Sequence record: PV935351.1
Source of the DNA: a phage
Strand: one strand, 5' to 3'
Length of the DNA: 39,767 nucleotides
This document shows, one piece after another, positions 36,659 to 39,767 of this stretch; position 1 is the stretch's first letter; each line of letters begins with the position of its first letter. A model generated the notes under the pieces. That model saw nothing but the letters and a program-made list of their open reading frames with translations. It searched no databases and was not told where the DNA came from. The position numbers and the translations under genes were made by a program.

Positions 36659-37108
36659 ATGCTCGAATTTTTAAAGAGAGCGGCTCCGTGGTTACTTGCA
36701 GCAGTGATGTTTGCTGGTGGCTACCACACCGCTAACAATAAGTGGGAGGCTAAGGTCAATGCAGAATACACCTCGAATCTTAAGGCATCGGAAGATACAA
36801 GGCTTGCTGTCCAAGCTGAAGTCAACAAAGTGTCCAAACGGTTTCAGGACGAAATGTCCTCGCTGGAAGGCAGCACTGATAGGATTATTGCTGACCTTAA
36901 GTCTGACAATAAGCGGCTGCTCATCCGAGTCAAACCTACGAGTGGAACCACGCAAAGTGACGGTCGATGCTTCATTGATGGTTACGCCGAACTTGACGAA
37001 CGAGATGCTAAACGTCTTATCACCATCGGAGTGAAAGGAGACAAGTGGATTAAGGCCCTTCAAGACACTGTGATAGCCTTACAGCAAGAGAAGGAGGTGA
37101 CGCATTGA
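36659..37108 (+). CDS. 18.5: i-spanin (Rz-like)
   Basis: 149 aa; N-terminal TM helix ([14 protein letters not shown]), coiled-coil periplasmic region. Confidence 0.9.
   Translation: MLEFLKRAAPWLLAAVMFAGGYHTANNKWEAKVNAEYTSNLKASEDTRLAVQAEVNKVSKRFQDEMSSLEGSTDRIIADLKSDNKRLLIRVKPTSGTTQSDGRCFIDGYAELDERDAKRLITIGVKGDKWIKALQDTVIALQQEKEVTH
36759..37034 (+). CDS. 18.7: o-spanin (Rz1-like lipoprotein) embedded in the +1 frame of gene 18.5
   Basis: About 91 aa; lipobox LTISGC; PRWKAALIG...SGC..SES...VDASLMV.PNLT.EMLNV matches recalled T7 gp18.7. Confidence 0.85.
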   Translation: MQNTPRILRHRKIQGLLSKLKSTKCPNGFRTKCPRWKAALIGLLLTLSLTISGCSSESNLRVEPRKVTVDASLMVTPNLTNEMLNVLSPSE

Positions 37109-38868
37109 GTAAAGACTTAGTGGCGCGTCAGGCGCTAATGACTACCCGTATGAAGGCAGACTTCGTGTTCTTCCTGTTCGTCCTGTGGAAAGCTCTTAGC
37201 CTACCAGTACCAACCAGATGCCAGATAGATATGGCCCGCAAGCTATCGGCTGGGGACAACAGGCGTTTCATCCTACAGGCGTTCCGTGGTATCGGGAAGT
37301 CCTTCATTACGTGTGCATTCGTAGTCTGGAAACTATGGAACAACCCAGACTTGAAGTTCATGATTGTGTCGGCCTCAAAGGAACGAGCCGATGCGAACTC
37401 CATCTTCATCAAGCGAATCATCGACCTCATGCCTCAGCTTCGGGAACTCAAACCTAAGCAGGGGCAGCGAGATGCGGTTATCAGCTTCGACGTTGGACCA
37501 GCCAAGCCAGACCACTCACCTTCGGTTAAGTCCGTTGGTATCACTGGTCAGTTGACTGGTAGTCGTGCTGACCTCCTGATTGCCGATGACGTGGAGGTTC
37601 CAAACAACTCGGCGACTCAGGCTGCACGAGACCGTCTGTCAGAGCTTGTAAAAGAGTTCGACGCTATCCTGAAGCCGGGAGGTACAATCATCTATCTGGG
37701 TACTCCTCAGAACGAGATGACCTTATATCGTGAGCTGGAAGGCCGTGGATACACCACTACCATCTGGCCCGCTCGCTACCCACGCGATAAGAAGGACTGG
37801 CAGTCTTACGGCGACCGTCTGGCACCGATGCTTCAGGCAGAGCTTGAAGAGGACCCTGAGTCCTTCTACTGGCGTCCGACAGATGAAGTACGATTCGATG
37901 ATACGGACCTGAAGGAACGTGAGCTGTCCTATGGTAAAGCTGGCTTCGCTCTACAGTTCATGCTTAACCCGAACCTGAGTGATGCTGAGAAGTACCCTCT
38001 GAAGCTCCGTGACCTTATCGTAGCCGACTTGGACCCAGCGTCTAGCCCAATGGTATACCAATGGCTTCCTAACCCTCAGAACAAGCGTGAGGACGTTCCT
38101 AACGTTGGACTCATGGGTGACTCATACCACACGTATCAGACTGTAGGTTCTGCCTTCAGTTCGTACACCCAGAAGATTCTGGTCATTGACCCTAGTGGTC
38201 GTGGTAAGGATGAAACTGGCTATGCGGTACTATATCAGCTCAACGGCTACATCTTCGCTATGGAAGTTGGAGGTATGCGTGGTGGTTATGAGGACTCTAC
38301 GCTGGAAGCCTTGGCTAAGATTGGTCGTAAGTGGAAGGTCAACGAATACGTCATTGAGGGTAACTTCGGTGATGGTATGTACCTTGAGCTATTCAAGCCT
38401 GTAGCTGCCCGTATCCATCCTGCGGCTGTAACTGAAGTGAAGAGTAAGGGTCAGAAAGAACTCCGCATCTGTGACGTTCTGGAGCCTATCATGGGGTCTC
38501 ACCGACTTATCGTCAACGCTGCTGCTATCGTCCAAGACTACCAGACAGCCTCTGACAAGGATGGTGTGCGTAACCCTATCTACTCTCTCTTCTACCAGAT
38601 GACCCGTATCTCTCGTGAACGTGGAGCCTTGGCACACGATGACCGACTTGATGCGCTGGCTATCGGTGTACAGTTCTTCGTTGAGTCTATGGCTAAGGAT
38701 GCCAACAAAGGCGAACGTGAAGTCACTGAGGAGTGGCTGGAGGAACAGATGGAGAATCCACGGAAAGGCTTCGAGTCCATCCACACTGAGTTCTGGGACA
38801 ATGGGGTCCGGGTAACTCACGATACGGACGACGAGCTGGGACTAGGGTCCTACGTTACGTTCCACTAG
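37105..38868 (+). CDS. 19: terminase large subunit
   Basis: 587 aa from TTG 37105 (AAGGAGG RBS); [82 protein letters not shown] match recalled T7 gp19. Confidence 0.97.
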   Translation: MSKDLVARQALMTTRMKADFVFFLFVLWKALSLPVPTRCQIDMARKLSAGDNRRFILQAFRGIGKSFITCAFVVWKLWNNPDLKFMIVSASKERADANSIFIKRIIDLMPQLRELKPKQGQRDAVISFDVGPAKPDHSPSVKSVGITGQLTGSRADLLIADDVEVPNNSATQAARDRLSELVKEFDAILKPGGTIIYLGTPQNEMTLYRELEGRGYTTTIWPARYPRDKKDWQSYGDRLAPMLQAELEEDPESFYWRPTDEVRFDDTDLKERELSYGKAGFALQFMLNPNLSDAEKYPLKLRDLIVADLDPASSPMVYQWLPNPQNKREDVPNVGLMGDSYHTYQTVGSAFSSYTQKILVIDPSGRGKDETGYAVLYQLNGYIFAMEVGGMRGGYEDSTLEALAKIGRKWKVNEYVIEGNFGDGMYLELFKPVAARIHPAAVTEVKSKGQKELRICDVLEPIMGSHRLIVNAAAIVQDYQTASDKDGVRNPIYSLFYQMTRISRERGALAHDDRLDALAIGVQFFVESMAKDANKGEREVTEEWLEEQMENPRKGFESIHTEFWDNGVRVTHDTDDELGLGSYVTFH

Positions 38869-38877
38869 CTGAATGAA

Positions 38878-38926
38878 TAACTATAGGCGAAAGCTGCATG
38901 AATAAGCAGTTAGTAACCTATAGTTA
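38878..38926 (+). other. 10-bp perfect inverted repeat downstream of gene 19
   Basis: TAACTATAGG (38878-38887) / CCTATAGTTA (38917-38926), 29-nt spacer; the arms resemble the promoter 3' half (ACTATAGG). Confidence 0.5.
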
Positions 38927-38962
38927 CTACCAGTCTAACCTACTGTTTTATAAGGAGTTTGG

Positions 38963-38985
38963 ACTTAACTATCACTATAGGGAAG
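38963..38985 (+). promoter_or_regulatory. phage RNAP promoter near the right end (phiOR-like)
   Basis: CTTAACTATCACTATAGGGAAG, +1 G at 38980. Confidence 0.8.
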
Positions 38986-39165
38986 ACCCCCGGTTACTTA
39001 TAGTATTACTGTAGTGAATATACATATGCAGACTTTATGCAAGACCTTAGGAGGCAGACTCCGAGTTCTTACCTAAGGCTTGCACCGATGGAAGGAGGGT
39101 GATATTAATCATAATCCCTCCAATACAGATAGTCACCGACCATAGATACAGGAGGTATGTAGCAT

Positions 39166-39324
39166 ATGGCAAAGACCAAAGCTGTACTTAAAGCTCTGGC
39201 GACCAATCGAGCTACATACAGGTTTCTTGCTGCTGTTCTACTTGCTGCTGGCGTTACTGCTGGAAGTCAGTGGGTCGGGTGGGTCGAGACTCTCGTATGT
39301 TCTCTGGTGTCTCAGTGTAATTAA
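39166..39324 (+). CDS. 19.5: gp19.5-like small membrane protein
   Basis: 52 aa; TYRFLAAVLLAAG...SLVSQCN resembles recalled T7 gp19.5; AGGAGG RBS. Confidence 0.7.
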   Translation: MAKTKAVLKALATNRATYRFLAAVLLAAGVTAGSQWVGWVETLVCSLVSQCN

Positions 39325-39357
39325 CGCAATCATGGTAACGATTCATGAGCGGAAGAC

Positions 39358-39399
39358 CTAAGGTCAGTACGTGGATACAGACCCACTCTACTGACCTTA
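39358..39399 (+). other. 12-bp perfect inverted repeat near the right end
   Basis: CTAAGGTCAGTA (39358-39369) / TACTGACCTTAG (39388-39399), 18-nt spacer; about 165 bp left of the right DTR. Confidence 0.6.
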
Positions 39400-39486
39400 G
39401 CTACTGTAGTCAAGGACTTTAGGTAACACCTTAAGAGAAGCTCACTTAGGGTCATCCTACTTATTGGTCTATCCTAGTGTCGCCTG

Positions 39487-39526
39487 ACCTACGGTCCTTG
39501 ACCTACAGTGGCTGAGGCCTACAGTA
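39487..39526. repeat. short repeat array just inside right DTR
   Basis: ACCTACGGTC (39487-39496), ACCTACAGTG (39501-39510), CCTACAGTA (39518-39526); same motif and orientation as the left-end array. Confidence 0.75.
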
Positions 39527-39563
39527 GTGACGATGAGTTTTGGACCAAAAGTTTGAGACCACA

Positions 39564-39767
39564 TCTCACAGTTCAAGAACCTCAAGTCTCCCCCCCTAGG
39601 CCCTCTTTCAGTCCAGACCAAAGGCCCTACCCATTACTGCTCCTTGCAGTCACAGCCAGTCTATCATAAGGTTGGACCGATGGTCAAGACGTTAGGTCGA
39701 CGATAGGTCTAGGCTATGGCTTAGGGAAGGACGATAGGTAGAGGCTATAGGTCTTCTTTGAGTCTCT
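39564..39767. repeat. right direct terminal repeat (DTR)
   Basis: Identical to bases 1-204. Confidence 0.95.

Overview
This window is a complete genome of a T7-like podophage (Autographiviridae type) in the standard T7 orientation. It has 204-bp direct terminal repeats (1-204 is identical to 39564-39767), and all genes lie on the + strand in T7 order: early region (Ocr-like gene 0.3, small ORFs, single-subunit RNA polymerase), DNA metabolism (ligase, SSB, endonuclease I, amidase, primase-helicase, DNA polymerase, exonuclease), then structural, lysis and packaging genes. I found 11 phage-RNAP promoters by eye (consensus about CTAAACTATCACTATAGGRA), an early terminator after the ligase gene and a Tphi-like terminator after the capsid gene. 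The tail-fibre position holds a 1064-aa mosaic protein: a T7 gp17-like N-terminal adaptor fused to a sialidase (two Asp-box motifs) with a C-terminal chaperone-like domain. I recognise this organisation as that of Escherichia coli K1-capsule phage K1F or a very close relative, but could not confirm it by search. Protein identifications rest on recalled T7 sequences and motifs, not database hits. I do not see an obviously new multi-gene defence or anti-defence system. The most interesting items are the horizontally acquired endosialidase, an Ocr-like protein with a C-terminal extension, a phage promoter upstream of the RNAP gene, a conserved structured RNA element present three times, two HNH endonuclease insertions, and several uncharacterised early and middle ORFs. 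The long minus-strand ORFs in the track are judged spurious.
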